Below are positions 1 through 14,100 of a DNA stretch of 46,413 bases, piece by piece (position 1 is the first letter of the stretch; each line of letters begins with the position of its first letter). Below the pieces are notes generated by a model, which saw only the letters and a list, made by a program, of their open reading frames with translations, had not been told where the DNA came from and searched no databases. The stretch is from Catajapyx aquilonaris. Taxonomy: Eukaryota. Made by a program: the position numbers and the translations under genes. The stretch lies in the NCBI GenBank assembly GCA_000934665.2, contig KZ538000.1:124001-170413 (forward strand). The letters are read 5' to 3'.

Positions 1-380
1 GCAGCGATCCGGAATGTCCACTGGTGGGGGACTGCCAATATCGTACGGTCGGCTATGTCATCGGAGCTTTTTGTTAGCACCACAGCTGAGGTTGGCGTTC
101 GTTGCCGCCAGTACTTTATATCGACGGGTTTAAGGCAATACTGGCCTTATGGGGCACAAAACTGGCTGAGAGCTCAGAGAGTGAATCAAAAAATTGTTGC
201 CATTCACAGAGAGCCAGGATGTACTTTATTATCAGATATTTGTAATGTTCACTCTTAAAGCACCATGAACTGGCAGTAGTTACTGAATGGCACATCGAGT
301 TCATAAAAATATCTGATCATGTTGCCTTGTGCGTTATTTGTAACATTATATATCAATTGTGTTTGTTTGTTTTTACACAG

Positions 381-600
381 CTTTCCAGGTCAGGAAGCCC
401 TCCACACCATCTACAACTCGATTCTGGGTCAGTTCCTGAGTGCTCCTCACAATAAGTTCCTGCCCAACGTCCAACGCTTGTCATCTAACATTGTCAACGC
501 AGCGATTGCCTTACACATCAAAGTGGCTCACACTTTCCTACCAACGGCACTCAAGTTCCATTACATTTTTAACTTGAGGGATTTATCCAACATATTCCAG
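381..600 (+). CDS. DNAH9/17: Dynein heavy chain exon 1 in window (AAA3 small/lid domain)
   Basis: acacag|C...CAG|gtaggc; [15 protein letters not shown]...[22 protein letters not shown]. Confidence 0.93.
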
Positions 601-2096
601 GTAGGCTTACATGCATTACAGGTCGGTGCATGGAGTTTGTTACAGGGAACTCAGCCGAAAGTACTGTACAGTGTACAGTGTTTGAGGTATGGGCATTGAT
701 CAAATAGTGTCTCAGGTGATAGGTGGTAATCAGCTGTGAGGGTGAAATCTTTCGCAATGTTCAGAATGCAAACCGGTTTTCGATATTGAAGTCGAATATA
801 AAGCGGATAGTACAGACGTGACCCATTCTGTAGGCGTTCCTGCAGAAAGCATCTCAATTTTTTTATTATAATGCATACTGGTGGTTATATTATGCAGACC
901 GTAGCAGATTGCGGCTTCCGCCAAGTTGTCGCATTCAAGATATCAGCATATCTCGGGTTACTGTATAGGCTACAGTACACAGAACAGCGAGGGATTCGAC
1001 TTTCCGCTTGCCAGATAATCCAATATCTGGCTTTTTTGAGGCGGAAGAAAGGAGTGCAACTCTGGAATTTTAAACTTAAATATTTAGCATTATGTCACAA
1101 AGGACGCATAATTACTATAACTTCAGTCACATCCGTTAGTGGATCCAAATTCATCACAGGCGAAGCACGTGGCATTCTGCATTTTACATGAATTTCCTTC
1201 ACGGCTGCATTTCCAAATTTTTAAATAAATGTTTCAGGGTCAATTAATATAGGTTGTTAATATTAAATATACGTATCAGTACAGGGTGACCAAAAAGTCT
1301 GGACACGTAGGTAATATTGTTTTGTAGGGTGGCACAACTGGCAGGTTGTCACATCTTGTCTTCCTAGAACTCAAGCGCCATTTACATGTGAGCCATTTGA
1401 CGAGCGAAATCTTCGCCTAGGCTACGTAACCAAAGGAACCAATATTGTTTGAGGCGAAAATTGATTGTTAATTTCAGCCTCGGCGATGACTTCGCTCGTC
1501 AAATCGCTTACATGTTAACGCCCCTTCAACATTTACTGACTATCAACAACCTGCCAGTTGTGCCAACCCGCAATACAATAATTATTACTTATGCATCCAG
1601 ACTTTGGGTTACCCTGTAGAATGCAAGTTATTTTCGAAGACTTGTACAGTGCTGGCCATATATGGAGGCAACGACTAGCGACATTTTTCCGAAGCGGCAG
1701 AAGAAGGAATCTTGCTCGCCCGTCTTGTAGCATGCTTATCTTCGATTCCTTCTTCTGCCGCTTCGGGAAAATGTCGCTAGTCGTTGCCTCCATATATGGC
1801 CAGCAATGTACCAAAGTAAATTTTTGGATGTCTTACCATATTTGGAATAATAAAACTAATTTTGAAATTCGACACTGCATCACTAGAAACGTATGCCTAC
1901 TGCATGAGAGAAGTCATAAGACTCTTGACTCATAATTTAATTTTCCCGCATGCAGGGTGGTGCATTGCATAAATGACGCCTCCAACAATTGGGCTGGCTA
2001 AAGCGTGATGGATTACTTACTCCAGTCTCACATGTGCATTCCCAATAGATATGTAGGAGGGAATTATTGAGCATCCATCGCGTTTTCCCTTTTTCC

Positions 2097-2137
<41 letters not shown>

Positions 2138-5100
2138 AGATGTCAACTCATAGCCATTATTTTGTAACATCAATGCAGTAGTGATTTGAAATGCCCATAG
2201 TGGTCAGCAGTTTTTGCTTATAAATCAGTTAATTTGACAAGTTATTATAAGTAACTTATTATTTTCTAGTGTTAGGGTCAATACACGAATTCTTTCAGGC
2301 GATGTGGTGGTCCAAATGCAAATGGTGACACAGGTCTTTCCGATTGCGACCTACGGTAAAATGGCCGTCCTCCGGGCCAAGTCTTCGGCATGACGTCATA
2401 AACGTGAAGTCAGGTTGGAGCTCCTTGGAGACGGGGTAGGACCCTCCAATCAGGCAGAGTGGCGGCCATGACATTACGCCCAAACTTCCATTCGGTGGCA
2501 GTGCAAAAGAGCCCATCATTTTGAATTATGGCAGGCACCCAAACGCTGCCATACGCTCAAACCGCTTCCATCGCGCTCATTGGCCCATTACTGATAGGCC
2601 TACTGTTGCCGACACTGTTCTAGAGAGCCTAGCTAACAAGCTCTGTTGGTTAGGATACTCTCTGACACATGGTTATGCTGTGCTCTTCCGAGTTGCAAAA
2701 TATTTCAATGTGCCTATTATTTTCGTACATGCTGTTGGCTACCTTGTGCCAGAAATGTCATGGTGCCTTTGGGATTAGGTCCTCTCCCTTTGAGGAATCA
2801 CCAGCTTACACGAGGTGGATAGGACAAGGCCTCTGTCTCTATGCTTCGAGCAGTTAAAACTTGCCACTTTGCTCTCCGATTTTGCGCGGAGGTCTGGGTA
2901 GGCGGAAAGAGAGTTGCACTGTGGAAAACGCGGGTGAAATTACTTGCCTATAGGTGGTGGAGTGTCTACTTTTATGTTAGTTGTGGACCTGAAAGGTCAT
3001 CTGCAAGACCGGTCGAATCATTTGGAACTCTCGAATGACCTTTTTCTGATACACTTCAGGCTTTCAGTCACCTACTCTTTTCAATGAGTCTTTGTGACTG
3101 TGAGTGGAAGCTGTGAGTGCTTATTTTAAGCAGTTACTTTTGCACAGTTATGTTAGCGTGTGATTGTCAAAAGTAACAGCTAATGATATTAGGTTGTGCG
3201 GACCCATCCTTGTTAATGTTTGCATAGAGAATCTTACTTGCAAAAAAAAAAAAGTTTGTCATTGATGTTTGATGCTAATAAATTGCTGTAATTAGCGGAG
3301 CCTACTAAACCTGTCATATCCATTGCTCTTTGATAGTAATTAAAATTTTGTTGCCATTTATCTCATTTTGAGTCATATCTAAATACGTAATGAAGTCCCA
3401 TAGATCTTGTATCAGATTGCACTGGTCATCTGGGGCAGTAGAACTTTGTGAGTCTGGGGCGACACGGTGGTGTAGTGGCTAACGCCGCAGCCTTCCACCT
3501 CTAAAGTCCCGAGTTCGATCCCCGGGTCGGGCGGAGGACACTTATGTGGAAAGAGTTTCGATGGGTTCTTGCAGTGTTTGCGCGGGTTTTCTCGGGGTTC
3601 TCCCGTTTCCTCCCACTACCAAAAACCCACTATACGATTGCCAGATACCCTTAGTTGCTTTGGCATAACCAACAAACAAACTTTGTGAGTCGAGAATATC
3701 CCACCAACACAGACCATATAGTAACTTCTTCAATTTCTTTTGCTTTTCCCAATCATCGATTCCTGGTGTTGTATATTTAAATATAACTCTTGCTAGAAAA
3801 TAGTTGATATCCTCTAATAACTACCTATCTCCTCTCCTGCAGGGAATGCTGTTTGCTACTTACGAGTGCATCCCTAGTGCTATAGAATTAGTTCGGATTT
3901 GGATGCACGAATCCGAACGTGTCTATTCCGACAAGCTTATGGATGACAAGGACTTAGAGAACTTCCACCGTTTCAAATCTGATGTCCTCAAGAAGTGTTT
4001 CGAGGTAAGTGCTATGTAATGGAATGGGGTAAAAGAAACATACTAAATGTTATGTTGCAGCTGCAGTTTCAGAGGCGTCGCCAAAAACGGTTCAATAGTC
4101 CATTTTTTCCTCCCCTGCTCCAATATTGCCAATGTCGGGAGTTATTCAAAGCGGAAAAGTTCAAGGCGATCAAAATTTTATTTCTTGTTATTACTATATC
4201 GCCGCGTTAATAATGTAGCCGTTATTACGCAAAGAACCTTTATCACCGTTGGCCTTATGAGTTCGGTTCGCAATATAAGCGGAATTTTATAGTGCACTTA
4301 TCACACAAACGCGCAGGATTTAAGCGCCTTTCAGTACTTTTAAATCAACTTGCATTGTACAGCCTTTTATGCGAAACTTAACGACGGGAAGAAAATCACT
4401 GTGTGCGTTTTTAAAAAACTAACTAGTTTAGACAATAGCGCACCCAATTTATGCAAAGCTCACAGGTTCCATTGCAAACTAATAAAACGAGGGAAGACTG
4501 TCGCTGTGTGCTTTACATTATTATTGTAAAACACTGAAGAGGAGGCCACATTGTACAGTGTAACTAATGGTTCCATTTTTAAAAGACCATTACTGTCCAT
4601 ATTCTTACAATGAGTAAGGTTAAGCAAAAAAAAACTTCTCCATACAAAAAGACATTACTCAGTACCAATTATTATACTTTAAGGATTGTCGTTATCAACA
4701 AGTTTAATAATTTAAAATAAATAATTTTGGGGCTCAATTTTGGGGTACATAAGCCATAGGGCCATATCATCTGTATGAATGGGCCTTTATGTAAAATACA
4801 ATGCAACAAATCTGGGCTAGTTTCTGGAAGCAACTAAACCATCTCTAAATTGTGTTCCTGATACTAGAGTCACGGTGATGCCTTAATCAAGAGCATGCAA
4901 ATAAGATTCTCGGAAAGAAAATAGGAAAACAGGGGGCTGGAGACGGGAAGACTTGTGCCACAGGAAACATGCCCATCTCATTACCGACGTCGAAAAGTAA
5001 ATTAGACACGTTTCACATCCCACACCCTCCGTTTTTTTCCAGTCCAAGTGTCTGAATAGAATACCAGAATGTTCGCCTTTTCTTCTTATTTTTTCCTTCT

Positions 5101-8100
5101 GTCTTGGAGTGAAAAATGGAAAGCGAACGGGTACAAGGAGGCAAGGGGGGTAAAAAAGGAAGCCCGATAGATCCTAATGGGATTTGTGTGCAAGGCAGAC
5201 CCAAGATGAAGATGCATAGCTCTCGACTTAACTCGGATCATTAAAGAAGCCAACTGGATAGGGACTGTTGGATGGTGGGAGGAAGTGGGGAGGAGAAGGA
5301 TAAGAGCCAAGTTGTTTCGCAAGCACGTCATTATGTGATGTGCTCTGACATGAAGGGTGAAAAAATGAGAATCTGGATGGTACAAACAGAGTGAATAATG
5401 GTAGACAGAACTGGAATGGGATCGTGTTGACCTTAAGGCGCGGGTTTGGACAAAAGATGCCGGGTTTATGCCGGGGAATTTCTGGTGCAAGTGATGGGCT
5501 ATTCCGGTTGGATAAGGATAGGAATGGCGTCAGATGGCAGTTTTGCAGATGGGCTGTTTGGTGCAACCAGTGGGCTCAGAATAAGATGGCAATTTTTGTG
5601 ATTATTATAGTTTTTTTGTTGGAGTTGACATGTATAGGGTTTATCAACTCCACGAGTACACAGATATATAAAAGTCAGTGTTAACGATGAACATAACTTA
5701 TGACTCTGATTAGGCTTGGCTGAGTATATCAGTGTATATAGTGTCAGGTTAACTCAAAAAATGAAATAAATACTAGGTAAACACTATGATAGCCTATATG
5801 ACGAGGTTATACTATATTATAAGGTGGTTAATATTCCTGTTTCCAGGGCTAGCTGAGCGTCATCTCAAAAAATATTAACATGTGTGCCTGTGAACGGGTA
5901 CCATCATGTAAAATTTTGAGCTTTTAAAAATGTATGGGCTTTTTCAGCTTCGATCAGGATTTCACCACGAGGTCTTTCCTGACGTGATAACTTTTGTGGG
6001 TATTTTGGTAAAGCCATCCCTTGCATTACATCTTTCGAGCACGGTTGAATGCATTGATATATGGGATGGGACATAATGTTCAAGCTAAGGAAAAACCGCT
6101 GTCCATCACTCCATTTACTGCTGTGGCCATGGGAAGCAGTTTTGACAAGCGTGAACCAACATGTGTTCCACTCTGTATATTTGCTTTTACATTCGATTTA
6201 ACACTGTTATGCAATCCCCTATATGCATGGATTTCAATTTGCGCATTATATTGTTGTTACAGTCGTTGGCGCATGAATGTAAACTACATAATATATTTGT
6301 TCTCTTCTTCGCATGATTGTGAAAGATAGCACAGCTTTATGCCGTATGACGCTAAACTATCCTGTATAATATATTGTAGAAATAACGCGATCCGTGTTTA
6401 CAATTAAAATCTCCCACATAATTGCTGAAGGTTTGTTAGCAAAAAAATGTGGAATAGAATGATACTACAGTGCGGAAAACGAGAGAACGATCTGACGTCA
6501 TCGTCATCGCAGAGTTCTCATATGATTTAAATTTCGGTTCTTGCATCTAAATGTTCGTTATAGTTAACAATTTTTGGCACTAAGATTTTAATTTCAATCA
6601 GTTACTTTTGAATGTCACTTTTGCTGTTATAAAAAGTATTAGCTGGAACATAGACTGGTGGACCCATGCATTGTAAGGCCTGCAAAGGGGGTCTGGCCTA
6701 CAAAAAGTGGGCTGTATCGTTGACGTTCTATGCCAATAGTAATTGGCATAGATAATAATACATTATTTTGATAACCACTGAAAGTAACTACTCCAAAGTG
6801 ACTGCTTAATAATGAACAATTATGGCGAGAAAATCGCTAACTAAAATGAACATTTCATTTGGAATACCCTTACGCACTGTGTTTAATGAAAGGCACAATA
6901 CTCCAGTGGGTAGTAGATTAACCAGCATATCAAGTACTGTGATAATATCCAAAGACCTTCCCTCAAAAGTTATCCAATATAGCTTCCATCAATAGCAGTC
7001 CTCTTTTTTACACTGTTGGGCACCGTGGTTTTATACAAGAACCGACGATCTTATCCATAGCTTACGCTCTCTTTCTTCATTATATAAAAGCCCGTGAATA
7101 GCCCTGATAACATTTTCATACCCATTTTTATGCTAAATATAAGTCTAGTATAGGGTGAATCTTATTTTTATTCCGACCTGCCCAGTCTCGTTGAGTACTT
7201 GTGCCTTGACAAGGACTCCATTGTATTAATTATTTATCATTGCGATAGGACCATGTCCTTAAAGGAAGGATCCAGACATGAAATAGGAGAATCTAGCATA
7301 CTGAGTACAATGCCCAATATACGCTCAAAGAGCAGGCAGGATCCGGTTCATTACTAGAAGCCACAATTATGACAGGCCCGCCTATCGCAAGTATGGGCTA
7401 CATTAATGAGTGGGTAGGGCACAATTGCTCTAGCAGATAGCTAATTAAGGTGAATATTAAGGCCAGCGCGAAGCCTTTGATAACTGGTGGGAGTAAATTA
7501 ATGGTGATAGGTCACATTCACATGATGTTAACAAAACGCTATCGCTGGTTTTAAAATAGCAAGCCTCATTGGTGTATTTTTCAATAAGACGAGATAATCG
7601 CTTATTTACGCTAATTAGAATCAGTAATATCACCGTAGTGGTTGTTTGCTATATTCAGTATTAGAGCAATTGAACAAGCATGTAACACACTAGTGTATGT
7701 TGTACAGATTAGTATGAGACAGCACTGAATTTATTCGTATAGTGTTGTACTTGGTACTATTGAAAAATTAGAAAATAATTACGTGACTATTCATATTGGG
7801 TTGGAAAGAAAGTTATGCCTGCAAATGCCCGGAAATGGAAAAGTGCAGAAGCACACATTAGTCCAAATGTAGAATTTGCCATCGTTTTCCACGACCTGCA
7901 CTCCCATCATCTGGGCATAATGTTGGATACCGTCCCTGTAGAAATGTGGCGTCTTAAACGCAAAGAAGTGAGTAAGTGCTCGTTCGACATTGTTTTGGTT
8001 GGTGAACCGCTGTTCGTGCAGGAACTGCTGGATCGACCGGAAAAGGTGATAGTCGCTGGGGGCAATGTTCAGGGAATAGGATGAGTACGGCATCAGCTCC

Positions 8101-11100
8101 CAGCCCAGGTCCCTGATTTTGTTACAGGTCACTTTGTAGGATTGTAGGTCTTGCTCCATCCTTCTGTACTGATGTCCCAAGGAAAAAAGCCTTATTTACA
8201 AAATCGGTAAGGACGCCCTGCATGCGGCCTTCTTCCTTGCCGGTTTTGCCGATGAAACTCATACAGCATGCAATGGCGGATGTGCTCCTTGTTCCATGTT
8301 GGCTGGCGCAACACTCTTCGCCTTCTGACGGCTAAAAGCCACCTACTGGACGATATGCTGCACGTGTCCTGTGCAATCTCATTTGCCAGTGTTCGCCATG
8401 GATGGGGCTTCGACTTTAGCTACCTCGTTATCATCACGTCTTTCTTTCCAACCCAATAAATTAAGAGTGACAGCCGAACCGAAATATAATGCACTGGCAA
8501 CAATTATTAAACATACAGGGTCCCGGCGAGGTATGATTGAGGTGCTCAGAGGGAAAACGGCATATCCCAACCGGAGTTCATTTTGAGATAAACGGCTTTT
8601 TGTGTTGCAAGAGAATAGGATTTCCCATTTCAGACCAATTTTAAAGTGGAATATGTGAGCTTTGGCGTATTCCATTTGGGACTTCAGCACATGAAAGGTA
8701 GATGGCAGGAGAGTACAAAAGCACTACAATCTCAAAATCGTAGGTCGGTTGGGATATGTCGTTTTTCCTCTGAGCGTCTCAATGAATAAAATTTAACGTA
8801 ACATAAAGTTATCTCTGCTGACGTAAAATTTAATTTAATTACTTGATCAAGCTGGATGTTTTAAAAAGAAAAATGTAACGCTGCATATATGAAGAACAGT
8901 CACTTGGAATAACATTGGGCGTACTAAAACTGATAGATCCAGTGCAAAACTAAGCAAATTCTTCGTTCCAAAAAGTTGTGACAAGTTACATCATATTGCA
9001 TTAATTCCCTCGTTTAAATTCATAAAATACTTAAATCACTTCTCAAATAGTGGTGTTGAATCTCTTCATTGGAGTGTTAATAATTCCAAATGCATTTGTA
9101 TTCCTGAACTGTTTTCTACATGATAATACTACTGTATTCTACGTCATGTATCACTCATCCATCATAGGGCTACATCTGTAAGATATAATTATTAATTATC
9201 TCGCCTTAACTTGCGTTAGACGCATTACACACAGTATAAGCTTACTATAGGCGATTCAAGGGATTACTTTTAGAAATACCAATCAATTCACAATGTGCTC
9301 TTGTTCCGTCATGAGTCCTTCATCCAGAGTCCCCAGGTCCGTGTTGGACAATTTTCTATCGATGTAAAATCCAAACATAATGCATACAAACTTTCGAAAC
9401 CAGGCAGTCACTCAAAAATGGGCTCATATGAATAGCTGTCATTGACAACATTTGTTGCGGAGTCTTTGTTAGTCACACGTGCTGTTATGGTGCTCCGAGG
9501 TGAGGATTTTAATATTCATATCCTTTTACCATGCATGAAAATTACACATCCCTTATTCTCAGTGCACTAATTCAAAGTTTTTCACCAGCATGAATGCACC
9601 GTAGCATAAATAAGATAATAATAATTGAACCTGCTATCCTTGGCAACTCTTGAACATTGGAAGATCCATTTAAAATATTGCTTTTATTTACCTGTACTAA
9701 GAGTGATAAGCAGAGACTATACCTTTAGCAAGTTCGTCGGACCATCTTACATCGTTCATTTAGCATGGAGTGCTTCACAATAATAATTACACTACTAAAT
9801 AAAGATATCTCTACCTAAGGGTACCCGCAAGAAGTTTGCAAGTAAGCTTTCAAACGAGAGGCTTCTCTGGAGCCCTTAGAACATAAGAAAGTTTGAAAGC
9901 TGAAATCCTTCAGTGGCTTACGCGAAAGGGCATGAGTTGTTGGGGGGCACAAGAGAGCAGTTGGAGAGGAACGGGTCTGGAGTGAGTGAGGGGTCAACAT
10001 GGGTAACCCCATCCTACCAAAGAGCACGCTCATTCTCATGGGGCACTCCTGCACCACCATGGCTTATTAACCAACAGAGGTTCCTTTTCGAGTGGGTAGC
10101 GGGCCAAAGTGGGATTGCAGATGCACTGGAGCTGGTGGGTTGGTAGTGTTGAAGCAATTGAGAGCGAGAAGTAGGCTACTCTATATGGTCCATCTTTCGT
10201 AAAAAGGAAGCTCCCACCAACCGCCTTATCTGAGGTCAACTTCGGATTGCCCACCGCGCGCGATTACTGACTGAGAGATGCTTAGAAATATCCGCAGTTG
10301 TCATGTCTTGCTTATGATAGTTTCTGACATACCATGTGTACTAGCATTCCCGTGAACTCATAGACTTTCTGCATACCAGAGTATACAGTATATAGCTATA
10401 CCGCACGAACTTATAAGTTGACAAGTTGTATTTTGGATAATTTTTTTTTGTTCGGCTTACTCCCACTCCCAACAATACGTCTTAATGATTTGTGTGTAAT
10501 AGGACCCCGTAAGTTGCACCAGTACTATCGACCTACATTAGTCAAACTTGCCAGGGTAGTGCAAAATCTGTTGCTCCATCACTCTTCCGTGCAATACTAC
10601 AGAACGTACAGTACGTACCGTAACGTACGTACAGTATGATCCATGCAATATTTAAGTGTTGCCAAACATACTGGGTATTTGTGTAATGTAGTGCAGTGTA
10701 GTTAGTGTGCTGGGTGTATACACTGAACATTTTGGCCATCACGTTGACAACTAAATGTATAGTGCGTATACAGTAGAAGAATGCATTTTAGACAGCATTC
10801 CCACAACACATCCCACTTGCAGCATCACTTTTTTGTGTACAAAACTTATATACAAGCCATATACATAGCCGAACAATTAGGACAGTGAAGATGTGGGAAA
10901 GGCATACTTTCTGTTGCGCCATCATGAAATTACCCCAGGTAATACTGAATTCCTAAAGCGGGTTATGAAAGGTGGCGTGTAAGGAAGTTCAAGCTTTCCT
11001 TAAACTGACTGTCTTAAAACCAATATTAGAATCCATATGAAATGTTTTCAAACATATCAGTTTGATCACCCTGAACAAATATGTACATTTACATGTATCT

Positions 11101-14100
11101 ACATAAGCTACTGATATCCGTTATATCCTACAAGAATTGACTCGTGGGACACTGCACTGTTGAAATGCATTGTCAAACATATTTGCTTCATAATACATTT
11201 CAATGCACATTCCACCTGTAAAATTTTCCAAATATACAATACAGGTTGGGCTCAAAATGGAATAATTTATCTGCGGCTTTTGTAACCAAGTTGAATATTA
11301 TTATAAGTTTGTAACATGATCTCCGTTGATTAGGCCTACACTACATAAGTACGGTAGTTGAAGGGTATCAAGTCAATATATATATATTCACAATATCATT
11401 CAAGCCTCAATACTCATTGACACGTAAAACAGGTACGGTCAGGTACGGTACATATTTTTACAAAAGAGATGATATTATGATTACAAAGCCCTTACGACAA
11501 CAACGTTAACATGCAAACTTATCATGATGATGATAGGTGTTAGACTATCTGTTTTGTTATTATTTGTATGATTTGTATCCACGGGCACTGCTATTGGAAA
11601 AGATTTGTCAACACTGTTCTCTAATACGCGAATCACTCATTTTGAAAATTCTCCTAACTCCAGTTAATTCTTCATTTCAAAAATTCAGGTCCAGATGCTT
11701 AAATTCGCATTTCTAATAATCCGATTTGAATAATTAATAAAACCAACAAATTCTCCAATGAATGAGCCTTTTCCTGGCAGGAGATTTAAAAAAGAGGATC
11801 AGGTATAACACTGGTGAACTTTTAACATTAATCACGTGCTCAACGGTTCGGCTAATCTCTTGATGCCATTCTCGTCTCCCTGGACCACAAATCCGATTAT
11901 TTGTTCTAAAAACAGTGTTTACAGACTCTTCTCAAAGCTGTACCTTATTCCACCAACATCAATATCATAATTATGTTTTCAGACTCAACATTTATGACAC
12001 AGCTGGGAGGCACCGGGTAACCCACTAATCCTACATGCCATACAATCTCCGGTGAATAAATAAGAAAAACACTGGGCACCCAACTTTCCAGATCCAGACA
12101 TATACCGCACTTGATTTGCAGAACGAGACCGATCCCAGCACACTGGGGGAAACTCGCTCGAGGAACTTTCCCTACCCAAAAGTTTGAAACTCATTCACCT
12201 ATGCCGGCAGGACTTGGACGAATCGGCGGTGAATGCCAAGCCCAACTTGTTCTGCCATTTTGCCCAAGGCTTTGGAGACCCCAAATACATGCCCGTGTCG
12301 GAGTGGCCACAACTCAACCGGATACTAGTAGATGCTCTCAACAATTACAACGAGCTCAACGCAGCCATGAATCTGGTGCTGTTTGAGGATGCCATCACCC
12401 ATGTTTGCAGGTTTGGATCAAGCTCAATTTGTCTTTTCGTGTACAGTAAATGATAACAATTGGCAATGGAGTCTACCAATTGGATGTTTCTTTCAACTTT
12501 AGAGGAGCCTGATTTTTTCTTTCTTTCCGTAGAATCAACCGGATTTTGGAATCTCCACGAGGCAACGCTCTGCTGGTAGGGGTGGGCGGTAGTGGTAAAC
12601 AGAGTTTGGCTCGTCTTGCATCTTTCATCGCGGGCCTGGAAGTATTTCAGATCACGCTCCGAAAAGGATATGGCATTGCAGATTTAAAAGTATGGACTTT
12701 GGAGAGGGAAGCAAATATACAATGATTGTCACCTTTGAATTTCTGCAAGAGTGCATGTATTTTATTCTTTGATGTCGTTGGATACTGATAGTGTTCCAGA
12801 CCGACATTTTTTTTTGAAACACATTGAAATAACGAAAGATAACTTTTTGACAAATAGCATCTCTCATTGTAAACAATGTGTTAAGCTGCTTAAAAAATAA
12901 TTCAATTCATCGGAAATTCACATTTTTCTATTCCAGACGGACCTGAATACCCTGTATTTGAAATCGGGGCTAAAAAATCTCGGCATGGTCTTCTTGATGA
13001 CAGACGCGCAAGTTGCAAACGAGAAATTTCTCGTTCTTATAAACGACATGCTGGCATCTGGAGAAATATCCGATTTGTTCTCTGAGGATGAAGTTGAAGG
13101 CATCATTAACGGAGTCAGAAACGAGGTAACAGACCATAGCAAGTTAGAGATTAGAGAACACCCGCGCGAAAATGGAATGGAGTGTACTCATTTAGCCATA
13201 CGGTATTACATTTCTCCAGCTCCATCATTCCTCGCCATATAATCTTGCTATGCCTTCAACTCACTCTTTCTACCTCCAGATTTTTTGTAGCACACTGCTT
13301 TTCCCACTCCCATTCTATTTGAGTAACTAACTTTGTTACACCTTCTGGATCCATACGCACCATTAGTTTTTCTCTCAGCCTCCTACAGCCGATTTACCCT
13401 GTTAACTTTTCAAGCGTTAATTAAGAGTAGGCTATACTGTGCAGAATCGAGTGCTTAAAGAGTCCAGAGACTTATCCGAAATAAACAAATGGGACGCTGG
13501 ATTAAATTGTTTCTAGCAATGTAGCTTACGAAATTCAATGAAGAACTGGCCTATCTTTTGTATGTCTTGGCTATACTAACACAGGGTCTTAAGACATTAT
13601 TTGAGTACCAAAATGTTTTTCGTTGGTAATATAGCAGTTTTTATAAAAAAATATTAATAACACATCACAATTCGTTCTTAATTGGCATAATTTTAATATT
13701 ATATGCATATTGCAAAAATTTCAAAGCACGTATGTTCTACAGTGGCCTATACCTTCTTCATTCCTCGTCTAATATGAAGATTTTTCTCACTTACCGCCAA
13801 GTTTTAGTGGCCTTCATGAGTTTTTGATTGCAGTCGCTCTTGGCTCATAAATTCAAAAATACAGCACCCTGGTACTGAATTTCAATGAAGCTATTTATAA
13901 CCTCCATCATCATACTATGGTAGAAACCAGACTCAACTTCTAAATGCTTAATCACGCAAAGTTGGTATAAAAATGCAGCTCCTCAATACTGTAGTGTGCA
14001 AAGCATAAACCTCTATGACAGCGGCTTACTCTATTACAGGTAAAAGCCAGCGGTATAGTCGACACCAGGGAAAACTGCTGGAAATTTTTCATCGATCGTG

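Noticed and set aside
3456..3530. tRNA gene
   Set aside because: Has A/B boxes and a T-arm, but no clean acceptor stem or poly-T terminator, and it continues into a SINE core, tail and TSD.
5013..5684. Cluster of 60-134-aa ORFs in a purine-rich block
   Set aside because: No recognisable protein motif; may be an old repeat but cannot be supported.
7815..8084. 89-aa plus-strand ORF
   Set aside because: Antisense to the mariner transposase remnant.
13582..13871. Possible Tc1-type MITE (CAGGGT...ACCCTG)
   Set aside because: Terminal match too short and degenerate, and no clean TA TSD.
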